Positions 8,901 to 18,445 of a stretch of 64,000 nucleotides of DNA are shown piece by piece. Under the pieces are notes generated by a model. The model did no database searches. It was given only the letters and a program-made list of their open reading frames with translations, and was not told where the DNA came from. Position 1 is the first letter of the stretch. The number at the start of each line of letters is the position of its first letter. Origin of the DNA: a virus (lineage: Duplodnaviria; Caudoviricetes); the IMG/VR virus record IMGVR_UViG_3300037421_000032, positions 451 to 64,450 of that record. One strand, 5' to 3'. The position numbers and the translations under genes were made by a program.

Positions 8901-10798
8901 GCTGTCGTCGTTCCGCCAATCGAGCTAGGCCCTTCTCCAAGGCCCGGTTCTCGACCCCCTCCCAGTCGTAGATCGCGGGCGAGGCTGGTATCGGCGCCTT
9001 CGTTGAAGGCGAGTTCGCCAGCGGGAACGTTCCCGTTGACATCGGCACTTTCACGGATTCCTCCTTCCGCCTTTAGAACATAGTAGTTTTTCGTCGGATT
9101 GCCATCGATCTTGTCGAAATAATCCGACCCGACGATGCGGCCGGTTTTCAGGAACCGCCGGACCATGCGCCGGTAGGCTTCGGCCGGGTCGACACTCATG
9201 TTCACGAGGTCGACCGTGTAGCCTTCCTTTTTGAGCCCTTCGATCAGGGCGCGCATCGTCTCGATGCTGCCGCCGACGCGCGGGATCACGAGATTGTCGC
9301 CGTTCGGGATGAGCTTGTCGAACAGCACCCGTTGCCATAATTCGGCGCTTTCTTCGTGAACGGCTTGCGTTCCCTGCCCGCCGTCGTATTCCGGCATGGT
9401 CAATTTGGCATCGTCAGGGTCAGGGATGGCCGCCCTGCGGGCGGCAGCAAGGGCTTCCGACAGCCGGGATTTGCCCGAGGCCGGCGGCCCGAGCACGAGG
9501 ATTGCCTGCCGTCCCTGTTCGACCGGCCCGGCGGTCGAATAGGACCGCGCCCTTTCGGCCAGCTTATCGACGGCGGCCGTGTAGCCCGTGACTTCCTGCC
9601 CGTCGACAACGAACCGGCGGTTCGCTTCGTATTCGGGCGTGCCGTAGCCGGAGGCATCCTTGGTCTGCGGGCGGCTTTCGTTCTCGCGCTGCACGCGCTC
9701 GATGAACGGGTGCTTGGCGATTTCCTCCGGCGATGCCTTGGCGTCGATCAGCCCTTGCACCTCGGCACGCTCGGCATCGGTCCCCAGCCGTCCCGCTGTT
9801 GCGGCAGGCTCGGCCGCGCGCACTTGTTCGGCTTCGATCTTGGACGGCTCGGCAATACGCGCTGCATAACCTAGCCGCTGCGCTTCTTCATCCGACATGC
9901 CCTCTGGGCGCCGGACATGCTCGCCGCGAACAATCTCCGGCCCCTCCGGTTCCGGCACGGGCGCCATTCCCGGCAGTTCCGTGCGGGCTTCCCGAATCAT
10001 CCGGTCGGGCTTGAGGATGCCTGCCTCGCGCAGACCGCCGAACACGCCGGCATGCAAGATCGCCCCGCCGGCCGCTCCGTAGAACAGATCGCGGAATGCA
10101 TCGCGCAGGCCGTAGTCGGAATCATCAAAATTGGCGATGCCCGCCCGGATCGCACTTAACGGCACTTGGCCTGCCGCGCCGGCACTTGCCCCGGCACCCA
10201 CCCTTGCGAGCGTCCGGCCTACGGCGCCCGCTCCCAAGCGCGCCATCAAGGCTTCCTCGCCCACGCCCGGAACGACTGACGCTGCCGCATTGAGCGGGTC
10301 CATCATGAAGGCGATCGTTCCGGTCGCGAATTTCGTCGGCCACGAGTATTGTTCTTCGTACCGCCGCAGCACGTCCTCGCGCTCGGACTGGACTTTATGC
10401 CGCTCGGCGATCATCGCCGCCACGGGCTCGGGAAAATCCTCGCGGCCTTTGAAGGCTTCGGCCGCTTCCGGGTATCGCTTGCGCGCTTCTTCCGCCGTGA
10501 TCTTCGGCGCTGGAATCGCGGCGAGCGAGCGATCAAGCCCGATGTCCTCCGGCGATATGCCCTGCGCTTCCGCGCCGGCCGCCGCAAGCGCGCGCCCGAA
10601 TAGACCGCCCGCGCCTTCCTCGTACTGCGCCTGTTCGATGAATCCGGTCAGCGATTGTTTCGAGGTCGGGTCGAGCGGCGCCGCTTCGTGAAACTGTGCC
10701 GTGAGCCCTTGCAATCGCGAAACCGGCATGTGGCCGTACCAGTCTCCCCACGCGCTTTGCGGGGTCTGATAGGGCGCGTCGGCGACGAAATCGGGCAT
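5948..10798 (-). CDS. large polyvalent internal virion protein with zeta-toxin-like P-loop kinase and ParB-like domains
   Basis: Ejectosome-like N-terminus (MDPLNAAASVVP). ILVLGPPASGKS...DPDDAK...VHEES matches the zeta-like family; FLVDGHQR matches ParB-like domains. Confidence 0.75.
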   Translation of the reverse strand: MPDFVADAPYQTPQSAWGDWYGHMPVSRLQGLTAQFHEAAPLDPTSKQSLTGFIEQAQYEEGAGGLFGRALAAAGAEAQGISPEDIGLDRSLAAIPAPKITAEEARKRYPEAAEAFKGREDFPEPVAAMIAERHKVQSEREDVLRRYEEQYSWPTKFATGTIAFMMDPLNAAASVVPGVGEEALMARLGAGAVGRTLARVGAGASAGAAGQVPLSAIRAGIANFDDSDYGLRDAFRDLFYGAAGGAILHAGVFGGLREAGILKPDRMIREARTELPGMAPVPEPEGPEIVRGEHVRRPEGMSDEEAQRLGYAARIAEPSKIEAEQVRAAEPAATAGRLGTDAERAEVQGLIDAKASPEEIAKHPFIERVQRENESRPQTKDASGYGTPEYEANRRFVVDGQEVTGYTAAVDKLAERARSYSTAGPVEQGRQAILVLGPPASGKSRLSEALAAARRAAIPDPDDAKLTMPEYDGGQGTQAVHEESAELWQRVLFDKLIPNGDNLVIPRVGGSIETMRALIEGLKKEGYTVDLVNMSVDPAEAYRRMVRRFLKTGRIVGSDYFDKIDGNPTKNYYVLKAEGGIRESADVNGNVPAGELAFNEGADTSLARDLRLGGGREPGLGEGPSSIGGTTTARFGDQWRVAQTILGAPAHVQADAVKTAVSQVLDGKPVEVDPIIKAAEGPPREDTGGPIGPGEEIMVLRLGSAEGGLPGRNGGNARSVADHLVRITGEEGPVPRGGTGDTISVYGVKFEYGAEQGRGFGEYAPMVGGIEIQGAEPVFVGRRIREGAVSYSFPSHGQGYEPRLIARIPLDEVRASLRMRGFASPDDAGINATEAAIREVVRIHAEATQAPVNLAEIARAESDLYRDGFAQGIPQAELAEVTERIYGERPTEAEEEVGGAPARPAETPAVAPRTPEQEAALRRLESGEGITTEELRAVGLDPWGRRLAIPEAQPPAVPAEGREAGGVPGVMIETGGIVRTKSGRETAPAPRIDMTTERKATASLGRMDQWLLSEAKKEAEGNDYVSTLLDGVNPKRMSTADRDMLNEILFGEPTEKPPEILRPLAPPAPVIPSEPVAPAAIPSEVPNTVHSFSPDELIIDAKRFQFKEGGDEAGVTDRLKGVTTWDPIKAGMVLAWEDETGRRFLVDGHQRMGLAKRIAEADPNQRPMLNGWLLRAADGVSDIEARTIAASKNIAEGTGTAVDAAKVLRDKPELIKELPPRLELVRQARGLVNLSDEAFRMVVNDVVPANYAAIVGRLSSDPKMQESLLGLLAKTEPANVVQAEAIVRQGIEAGAHVETQIGLFGAEDVATNLYLDRAKVLDRALRQLKRDRTIFSTIVKESDILQSVGNVLAADMNVKRATADAQAVQVLQTLASRKGPISDALGAAAKRARDDGNTAGAVREFVAAIRREAEGGNLARLADGLERGDEHAGDEGAASRVERSAPATDRAGSPVGEQEATEEVHRVAAAGRRGDWTISTEVGAAPLFAGLETKAEPGAEGRPQLILPGGERSAVQLAAAREAQGRGMIRPEVAQREAGGMFAPPEPELPDLFARGPQTPIERQLVEAERAVAEKGGVIHPDDRAALADADAAMRIAEAHEQAYAQAAECLIEAGV

Positions 10799-13765
10799 CT
10801 ACTCGATCCCCGGCGCGCTACCCATGGCCCCGCGCTCGCGCACACCCCATGGCTGCAATGGCTCGTTGAACTTCACTTCGATCGGATGCCCGGCGTCGTC
10901 ATGTACGAATCGGCCGCCGCCGTCCTTGAGCCATATCCCGTCGCCCCTCGGCGACGTGACCCACGTCGGTTTCGACTTGAGCAGGTCGAGCCATTCCTGC
11001 GCTCGCGCGCCGGTCGGCATCATGACGTTCTCGGCCGTGAGTCCTTCGATCCTACCCCGCGCGTTCGCCGCAACCGTGTCGTAAGCCGTAGCCGGCACGC
11101 GCGCGCCGCCGTCCGGCATGAACCGGAGCTTATCGGTAAACGCCTTCACGGCATCGATCGTCGCATTGTCGCTTTTGTTCTCGAACTTGTAGGCTTGCGC
11201 CAGGCCCTCGATGCCGTCGAGCACGCCGGCGATTTGCGTGGTCGAGAGCCCCGAATCGCGCAGCGAGCGCATGTAGGACTGGATATCCGCATTGCCACGG
11301 ATATCCTTGCGAATTGCGCCCGTGATGTCGGCGCCGAGAATATCGGTCGCGGTCTTCTCTTTCGTCGTTTCATTGATCCAGCGTGAGAGCGTGGCCGCGG
11401 CCTGCGGATTATTCAAGGTCGATTCATCGGCGAGCGCCGCGACTGCCTGATAGGTCGAGGGCATCTTGCCCAGGGTCACAAGATCGCGGAACACGGCGGG
11501 CCATGCCGCGCCGTAGCGTTGCTGCATCTGCCCGAACAATACGGCCGGATCGCCCTTGGCGACCGCTTGCGTCAGTCCCATCGCCTGCCCGCGCGTGAGA
11601 ACGTGGCGCATGTCTTCCGGCACGCCGAGCTGCCCTTGCACGGCGAGTTGCGCCGTGGCGTAGGCATTGAATTGTTCCGGGCTCTTGTCGGCGGTCGCCC
11701 GCGCCGTGAGAACGGCCGGATTCGTCTTGGCATATTCGGCCGGGTCGGCATGCTCGCCGATCAGGAGCGCGTCGCGCTGCGATAGCGCACGCTCCAATTG
11801 CCGCCCCGCGCCCGCGCGCAATCGAAAATACATCGCCTGCCCTTCGGTATCCGCTTCGGGCTCGGCAATGCCTGGCCCCGTCGTCGCGCGTTTCGCATGT
11901 GCGCGCAACCGTTCCGACAAGAGTCCCTGCCCGCTTTCGATGTCCTTTCTTGCCGATTCGACTTCCTGCGGGCTTGCCCATTGCATGCCGCGGATCGTCG
12001 TCCCGACGTTCTGGGCGATATTGAATTCCTCGATCATTCGCTGGGCGACGTTGGGCGGAAAGACCGCGCGGATTCGATCCTCGGGGATCGTGAGCCCTTC
12101 GACGCCGTTCTCGGCGGCGGCAATCCAGTTACCTACGTTGTGCTGGAGATCGTCGCGCTCCGTCCGATTCATCGAATCGTAGACGCCGAACTCGTGATTG
12201 ATGCCGGCGAAGACTTTATCCTGCACCCGCGGCGGCACGTTGAACCCGGTCATCATCCGCGCCGCGCGGCCGAACACTTCCGACTTGTCGGCCCGCTCCG
12301 GCGCGTAGCCTTCCGGCGGCGCAAAATCGGTAGGCAATGCGCTGCCAAATCGGCCAACTTTCGCCTGCCAGTAGTTCATGAATTGGCCGGAGGTCACGTT
12401 GTCGACCGAGCCGAACCGGCGCTTGTCGTCGTCGGCGATGTTTCCCCAGATCGCGGCCTTGGCCCAGCGTTCGCCCTTTTGCTGGCCTTCGGCCGTGGAA
12501 AGCATGTTGATCCAGGCCGGCGCATTGGGATTAGCCATGTGGGCGGTAAAACCGCCCCAGCCCTGTTGATGCACCAGATAGAGTTGCCACGGGTCGGGCT
12601 TTTGTCCGAAGACTTCCTCGAAATGGTCGGACTCGGCCTTGAGCTTGCGCGCGGCGGCCATCGCATTGTCGCCGGCACTGTAGATATTGCCGCCGCCGTA
12701 GCGCGTAAACTCATCGTTCGACAGTTGGAACAGCCCGCGATAGCTCCCCGTCGTTGCCGTCGCCCGGCCGCCGGATTCGATCCGCGCGATCGTGCGCAGC
12801 AATCCCGCATCGAGTCCCGTCGCCTTGGCGGCATTGTCGACGGCCGCGTTCGCATCCTGCGGCAACGATCGCAGCGGCACGCTCGGGATCGGCTGCATGC
12901 CGGACGGCGCCGAGCCGGGCGGCGCGACCTTGCCCATGAGCATGTCGACCATACCGCGGGCGCGCGCGTCCTCCAGTTTTCCCCGGAGGTTCGAGCCTAC
13001 GGCGAGAATATCCTGGGCCGTCATCTGGGCTTGATAGTGCTCCAGCATGGCGGCGGCGCGCTGCGGTTCGCCCAATTGTCCACCCGTGCCGACACCCACG
13101 GTTTCAATGATGGTTTTCAGCGCGCTTGAACGCGCCGTGGTCATTGCCCGATTGATGCTCGGCTCATCGAGCCCGCGCAATTCGCCCCAATCGCGCATTT
13201 TCTGATCGCCGGACCGAAGCAGCAATTCCATGTGGGCCGGATCGTCGCGCGCCAAGGCCGCTTGGTTATAGAACTCGGACGCCGCGTCCTTGCTTGAGGC
13301 GTCGACCCATTTCTTTTGCTGTCCGTCCGCGTAGCTTTGCCCCGAGCGCAAGTAGTAGTCCGCCATGCGCCGCATGGTGTTGGAAAGCAACTGCTTGGCC
13401 TGCAAATTCGGCGCGGCGTCGAGCGTATCGCGGTAGCTGTGTTCGATTTCCTCGTTGAACTGAGGCAGATGGTCGACCGCGCCCTTGCCTTCCAGCGTAT
13501 TAAGCTTGCTCCAAGAATCGGTAAACCGCTTCATGCCGGGCACGGCGGCGTCGTTCGCATAAAGCTCGTTGGCAATGTGGGCGCGCTGGATCGCTACGTC
13601 CATCCCGGCAACGCCGGCCGCCTCGATGCCTGTGCCTAGCTTTTCTTGCGCTTGCGCCGTAAGCCCCCCGAACATCTGCGGCGTGGATTTGATATCCAGA
13701 TAATCGCCGCCCGGCGCTCCGGTCGGCTTTTCCTCTGGCACATTGATATCGAGAATGTGCGCCAT
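10799..13765 (-). CDS. internal virion protein with lytic transglycosylase (SLT-like) domain
   Basis: LLRTIARIESGG...YRGLFQL...LYLVHQQG motif; position in the ejectosome cluster. Confidence 0.8.
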   Translation of the reverse strand: MAHILDINVPEEKPTGAPGGDYLDIKSTPQMFGGLTAQAQEKLGTGIEAAGVAGMDVAIQRAHIANELYANDAAVPGMKRFTDSWSKLNTLEGKGAVDHLPQFNEEIEHSYRDTLDAAPNLQAKQLLSNTMRRMADYYLRSGQSYADGQQKKWVDASSKDAASEFYNQAALARDDPAHMELLLRSGDQKMRDWGELRGLDEPSINRAMTTARSSALKTIIETVGVGTGGQLGEPQRAAAMLEHYQAQMTAQDILAVGSNLRGKLEDARARGMVDMLMGKVAPPGSAPSGMQPIPSVPLRSLPQDANAAVDNAAKATGLDAGLLRTIARIESGGRATATTGSYRGLFQLSNDEFTRYGGGNIYSAGDNAMAAARKLKAESDHFEEVFGQKPDPWQLYLVHQQGWGGFTAHMANPNAPAWINMLSTAEGQQKGERWAKAAIWGNIADDDKRRFGSVDNVTSGQFMNYWQAKVGRFGSALPTDFAPPEGYAPERADKSEVFGRAARMMTGFNVPPRVQDKVFAGINHEFGVYDSMNRTERDDLQHNVGNWIAAAENGVEGLTIPEDRIRAVFPPNVAQRMIEEFNIAQNVGTTIRGMQWASPQEVESARKDIESGQGLLSERLRAHAKRATTGPGIAEPEADTEGQAMYFRLRAGAGRQLERALSQRDALLIGEHADPAEYAKTNPAVLTARATADKSPEQFNAYATAQLAVQGQLGVPEDMRHVLTRGQAMGLTQAVAKGDPAVLFGQMQQRYGAAWPAVFRDLVTLGKMPSTYQAVAALADESTLNNPQAAATLSRWINETTKEKTATDILGADITGAIRKDIRGNADIQSYMRSLRDSGLSTTQIAGVLDGIEGLAQAYKFENKSDNATIDAVKAFTDKLRFMPDGGARVPATAYDTVAANARGRIEGLTAENVMMPTGARAQEWLDLLKSKPTWVTSPRGDGIWLKDGGGRFVHDDAGHPIEVKFNEPLQPWGVRERGAMGSAPGIE

Positions 13766-14319
13766 TAGGGCACCGAGGCGTCAACCGGCGCCTTGGTCTG
13801 GAATTGCGCGAACTTAGAACCGGCCGTCGAAATTCCTGAAAGCAGCGATCCGGTTGCCGCGAGCGGTCCAGCGGCGGCGGCCTGTTCCGATTCCGCAGTG
13901 AAAAGTCCGGCCTGGGCAATGTCGCTCGTGGCCGCCGTCGCGTAGCCGTAAGCCTTGCGTGCATAGTTCGAGCGGATCGTGAGCGCATCGAGCGCGCCGA
14001 CCTCGGTCGCCCCGGCGCGAACATCGACCGCCGAACCGCGGTTCACGTCGATCCCGGCACCCGCCTGGGCCGCCTTGATGTTTCCGACCGCAGCCCGCGT
14101 CTTCAAGGCGCCGATCGCCGCCGCCTGTTCGCCCGACTGGATCTCCAGCGTTTCGTTCATCGCCGCTATTTTCGCGTTATTCTGGGCGACCTGCGCCTGA
14201 TAGGCGGCGTTGGCCGACTGCGCTTGCATCGCGTTATACGATCCGGCCGCCGATACGCCCGCGCCCGCGACTCCGGCGACCGCCGAGCCGATCGCAATCA
14301 TGGAAATCGGATCGCCCAT
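13765..14319 (-). CDS. internal virion protein (T7 gp14-like)
   Basis: Ala/Gly-rich MGDPISM...AAQAGAGIDVNRGSAVDV; gene order. Confidence 0.8.
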   Translation of the reverse strand: MGDPISMIAIGSAVAGVAGAGVSAAGSYNAMQAQSANAAYQAQVAQNNAKIAAMNETLEIQSGEQAAAIGALKTRAAVGNIKAAQAGAGIDVNRGSAVDVRAGATEVGALDALTIRSNYARKAYGYATAATSDIAQAGLFTAESEQAAAAGPLAATGSLLSGISTAGSKFAQFQTKAPVDASVP

Positions 14320-14853
14320 TTATGCCGCTTCTTTCCAAAACCGCCGGAACGGACGGCCATCGATGCCGTTTGCATGCGGCTCATCGATGGTGAATCCGAG
14401 CACTTCAAGCAGCCGAATCGCTTGAGCGTAGTCCGCGGCGACGAAGTTTTCCAATCGCCGCTTGATCTTTAACATTCGCTCCACTTCTTTCTTTGCTTCG
14501 CGAATGAATGCGACCGGCATTTTCTCGATCTGCGGCGAGGTCAAGAGCCACGGAACGCCCAGGTCGGACAACAAGCTCACGCCGCCGCGCATGGAAATGG
14601 CGAGGCCCCACATGGCGGCAATCTCGCCCTCGATAAAGGCCGTCCGGCACATGACCGAATTGCGGTAGCCGCGCCACAGGCTTTTCTTCGGGCTGTGCCC
14701 GAGGCTCGTTAATTCCGCCGCATCCCGAATGCGCAGATTGTTTGCGAGCTGATAAACGTGCGTCGCTTCCGCTTCCATGATGACATAACCGTTGCCCCGG
14801 CGAAGAACGCCGGGGATCGCGGGACGGGCGTTGTTCACAACGAGGTCGAGCAT
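14320..14853 (-). CDS. T7 gp13-like / GNAT-fold virion assembly protein
   Basis: LR..D..E...PWLL...LENFVAADYAQAIRLLEVLGF motifs; follows tail tube B. Confidence 0.7.
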   Translation of the reverse strand: MLDLVVNNARPAIPGVLRRGNGYVIMEAEATHVYQLANNLRIRDAAELTSLGHSPKKSLWRGYRNSVMCRTAFIEGEIAAMWGLAISMRGGVSLLSDLGVPWLLTSPQIEKMPVAFIREAKKEVERMLKIKRRLENFVAADYAQAIRLLEVLGFTIDEPHANGIDGRPFRRFWKEAA

Positions 14854-15467
14854 TACGCCGCCCTCGGCAAGAGATCGCGCTCGCGCATGGCGCGAAGTAG
14901 TTTCAGGCAAGCCTTTGCGTCCGTGACGCAATTATGCGCGTCCGCCAGTTCTTCTTTCAAGATGATCTGGCATGCCTCGGTCAAGCGCGGAAACTTGTAC
15001 CGATCCGGTTTGCTCGGGTGAGGAAGTTTGCATTCGTTGACCAGCGACCGCATCGTGCAGATACCGCCGCGCACCGATCGCGCAGTTGCCCAGAAACCAA
15101 AATCTTCCACATGCGCCCCTATTGCTCGCCGCAATTCCCCACGCATGATCTTGGCGTCGAACTCGATATTGTGTGCCGCGAGGATTCGCCCTTGTTGGAC
15201 GGCCAGCGCCAAGAGCGAGAGAGGCCAGAGGATGCTATGGCCCTCGGCGTTCAATCGTTCCGTCGAGAGGCCGTTGATTCGCTGCGCCTGTTCCGGCATT
15301 TCCCACCCGTCCGGTTTCACCAGCGCGGAGAAAGTAAATTCCACATCGAGGTCGTCAGTACAGAAGATCATGCACCAGCTCGCAAGCCGCGGCTGGCCTT
15401 CGGCGTCCGCTGGCCGCTGCCAGTCGGGGAGTCCGGTCGTCTCAGTATCGAGCACCAAATAGGGCAT
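14853..15467 (-). CDS. DEDDh 3'-5' exonuclease (DnaQ-like)
   Basis: VLDTETTG (ExoI), AHNIEFD (ExoII), AHNCVTDA (ExoIII). Confidence 0.9.
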   Translation of the reverse strand: MPYLVLDTETTGLPDWQRPADAEGQPRLASWCMIFCTDDLDVEFTFSALVKPDGWEMPEQAQRINGLSTERLNAEGHSILWPLSLLALAVQQGRILAAHNIEFDAKIMRGELRRAIGAHVEDFGFWATARSVRGGICTMRSLVNECKLPHPSKPDRYKFPRLTEACQIILKEELADAHNCVTDAKACLKLLRAMRERDLLPRAA

Positions 15468-18433
15468 CAGTGGTCATCCGGCATGTCGCCAATATCTACA
15501 TCGGGCACGAGCGCGAGCAGTTCGAGCGGAAGGCAGTATGATTGCTGTACCGCGATCATTCCCGGCGAAGCCTGCTTGTCCGGCGTCTGGAAGTCCGATT
15601 CGATCACGTAGTACCGATCGCCGGTAAACAGCGGTTCGGCATTGCCCGCTGTTATCAGGTTCGACCTCTCGGCGATTTCTGTCAATCGCCCGTAGGGCGA
15701 TTGACCCCATGGAATTTCGCCCTGGTTCGGTTGCACGGCCGCGATCGGCTGATCCTGCCCGACCGCGACGCCGCGGCTATTGGCAAGCCTGACGGTCACG
15801 CCGGGAATCCGCTTGCGCTTGCCTTGGATCATGGCGCCAGGGATTTCCGCGTGCAGCGATTGCGCCTGGGCGATGAAGGGAAGGCCGATCGTGACCTGGC
15901 TTGCCGGCGCCGGCAACGCGATCGACCCATTGACCACGGTCGCGTTCGGGGCGACCGATCCGTCCGCCAATATCGAAATCTGCATTCCCTCAAGGTGATC
16001 GAGGCCAAACACGGTCGAGACCGGCGTCGTGATGCTCCAATTACCGGCCGTAGCCGGGACCGGCGTATTCGTCGGGTCGTCCTTGATGACGGTTGCGATC
16101 GGGACGCTCAGTTGCCCTTGGACCTGGGTCGGCGACACGAAGGCCGTGACCGCGGCGATGCCGCCGCCCATGCGCACGACCTGCCCGACGACGCCGGTAT
16201 TCACGCCATCGAACACGCCCGCCGAGGCCGTGAATGTGACCGGGTTGTCGAGATTGAGCGCAATCTGACCGCCCGCGCCGGTCGAGTCGGTAATCACGAG
16301 CTGCGGCGAGGTATAGCCCTTGCCTTCCGTGAGGATGGCCGGCGCCCCGGTAATCACGCCTCCAGCAACCGGGATAGGGCCGACCATGGCGCCCGAGCCC
16401 GTGCCGCCGAGGTCGATCACGGCGCCAGCCGGCGCTGTGTAGTTCGATCCCCCCTGGATCACGATCGGGTTTGTGATCCCGCCGAGCAGGGTTGCCGTCG
16501 AGGCGTTGAGCGTCGCATTCGGCGCCGGCTGCGGCAGGTTCAAGCCGCAATCGACGCACCAGCATTGCTCGACGTTCGCCCAGATGCGGTTGTCCATCCG
16601 CTCTACGTAATACATCCACTTGTTCGGCCCACGGATGAACCGCTGCACCACGACATAGATCGCATCGACCGGAGGCTCGGACGCGGTTGCGACCGAAACA
16701 AAAAGCCCATTCGTATCATGCCGCGTCCATCCGCTTAGCTCTTGCTCTTTCAGGAAGGTCAATGAAAGCATCTGCCCGTCGTCGCGCACCGCCCAAATGA
16801 CCTTGTTGGGCTCGCGCGCCCAGGCCCATTGCAGCAATGTCCGACCGGAAAACAGGTGCGACGAAAGAATCGTAACGTCGGTTCCCGCGTAGATGTTGTA
16901 GAACAGATTATATTGCAGGTCGCGCACGATCGAGCCGAGCGCCTGACCGTAGAGGATATCGTAATTGATCTTGATCGGCTGGAGGAACGGGCTTGAGCCA
17001 TTCGACTCTTGCTGGGCCGCGCTTTGCTGCGCGGGAGTTATCGGCGAGCCCGCGCCCGCCGTTCCTGACAATTGCCACGCATCCTCGCCCGTGAGCGCTA
17101 CTAAACCGCCCGGCATGGGCGTGAGCCACTGGATTCCGTTGACTTGCAGCGACCAGGGCGTCGTCGTGATGGCATCGGAATCGATCGGCGGGTCGGCCGA
17201 ATCGAAATTGGTGAACGATCCGGGCTGCGAAAGAAAGAGCGTATCGGGCTCGTTCAACGTGTCCGCATACGTCCGCCGTTGCTGGAAGTAGGAAACCACC
17301 CCTGGATAATTCCCGGTTCCAGGGAACGGATTATTATGCAGCGGCGGCGTGACCGCAAAATCAGGGATTATGTTTGTGTCCTGCCAGACCGTCGCGTTGC
17401 CGAGCGTCGTTCCGACGAAGCCGAATAATTGTCCGGTCTGGGCGCCATTCGTGAATGATGGTGTCGCCTTATAGATATTGAACTGCCCGATCGTCTGCCC
17501 CGGATTGAGCGCGGGCGGCGTCCAATTGACCGTGATCGTTCCGAACGTGATCGAGATATCGACGGAATTGATGCCCGTGCCGATGTTCGAGGCGATGCTT
17601 TCATCGCCGGTCGCGTCGTCGATCGCCGTCACCACGTAGGAATAGGCGCACGGATTCGTCCCCGTCGTGACCGATGGAGTTGCCGTGACGCCGGTCGGCG
17701 CCCCGATCGATGACGCAAACGTCGTCGGCGTGAGCGTCCAATGGTTCGCGGTTAGCCTAGTCAAATCCTGCGGCGGATAGTCGACGTGCGTTTGCTGATT
17801 GACGCAGCAAAGCGACATGACATCGGCGGACTGAGTGAATTTTAGATAGGGAAGATCGACCGCCGCATAGGGCGTCGCGAGCGTATAGACGCGCCCCGCC
17901 GTCCCGCCCGAGGTGTAAGCCCCATAGCCGAGCGAATTGATTGGGTTGCCGAAGACATCGTTGAGCGTGAACGTGTTTCCCGCGACACTCGACACGATGA
18001 AGGTGCGGCCGTTGAGCTGCACCATGCCGCCGATGGCGGCCAGAAAGACGTAATCGCCCACAACGAAGTTGTGGCCGACTGCCGTCAGAACAGCCGGATT
18101 TGCTTGCGTCGCCGCCGAGATCGCAAACGGCACCTCCAGCACGTAGCCGCCAGTGGCGATGAATCGAACATATTTTTCCCCGAACTCAAGAATGTACGAC
18201 TGGAAAATATTGAACTTGAACCTGATGAGCCGCGGCGGCGCCGCGCTCCCCGGCTGCTTCGATGCCCCGACGAAGGCCGTTCCGCCGCGCGAGGCAAGGC
18301 CGCCTTTGTAGGAGACGTAGCAATTTCTGGCTGTGCTAGCCCCGGAGTGCCACTTAGACAGGTCGAACCGTCCGTATAAAGACGGCGAAATTTCTCCCGA
18401 TGAGAATGAGGATTTGGCAAAGGGGACGGTCAT
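15467..18433 (-). CDS. tail tubular protein B / nozzle
   Basis: SFSSGEISPSLYGRFDL N-terminus, QSADVM, FQQRR, W.REPNKVIWAVRDDG, GWTRHDTNG. Confidence 0.9.
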   Translation of the reverse strand: MTVPFAKSSFSSGEISPSLYGRFDLSKWHSGASTARNCYVSYKGGLASRGGTAFVGASKQPGSAAPPRLIRFKFNIFQSYILEFGEKYVRFIATGGYVLEVPFAISAATQANPAVLTAVGHNFVVGDYVFLAAIGGMVQLNGRTFIVSSVAGNTFTLNDVFGNPINSLGYGAYTSGGTAGRVYTLATPYAAVDLPYLKFTQSADVMSLCCVNQQTHVDYPPQDLTRLTANHWTLTPTTFASSIGAPTGVTATPSVTTGTNPCAYSYVVTAIDDATGDESIASNIGTGINSVDISITFGTITVNWTPPALNPGQTIGQFNIYKATPSFTNGAQTGQLFGFVGTTLGNATVWQDTNIIPDFAVTPPLHNNPFPGTGNYPGVVSYFQQRRTYADTLNEPDTLFLSQPGSFTNFDSADPPIDSDAITTTPWSLQVNGIQWLTPMPGGLVALTGEDAWQLSGTAGAGSPITPAQQSAAQQESNGSSPFLQPIKINYDILYGQALGSIVRDLQYNLFYNIYAGTDVTILSSHLFSGRTLLQWAWAREPNKVIWAVRDDGQMLSLTFLKEQELSGWTRHDTNGLFVSVATASEPPVDAIYVVVQRFIRGPNKWMYYVERMDNRIWANVEQCWCVDCGLNLPQPAPNATLNASTATLLGGITNPIVIQGGSNYTAPAGAVIDLGGTGSGAMVGPIPVAGGVITGAPAILTEGKGYTSPQLVITDSTGAGGQIALNLDNPVTFTASAGVFDGVNTGVVGQVVRMGGGIAAVTAFVSPTQVQGQLSVPIATVIKDDPTNTPVPATAGNWSITTPVSTVFGLDHLEGMQISILADGSVAPNATVVNGSIALPAPASQVTIGLPFIAQAQSLHAEIPGAMIQGKRKRIPGVTVRLANSRGVAVGQDQPIAAVQPNQGEIPWGQSPYGRLTEIAERSNLITAGNAEPLFTGDRYYVIESDFQTPDKQASPGMIAVQQSYCLPLELLALVPDVDIGDMPDDH

Positions 18434-18445
18434 GCGATGACCGTC

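Noticed and set aside
7772-16738. Long plus-strand ORFs (for example 7772..8971, 11798..13129, 15542..16738)
   Set aside because: Antisense shadows of high-GC genes; Arg/Gly-rich with no motifs.
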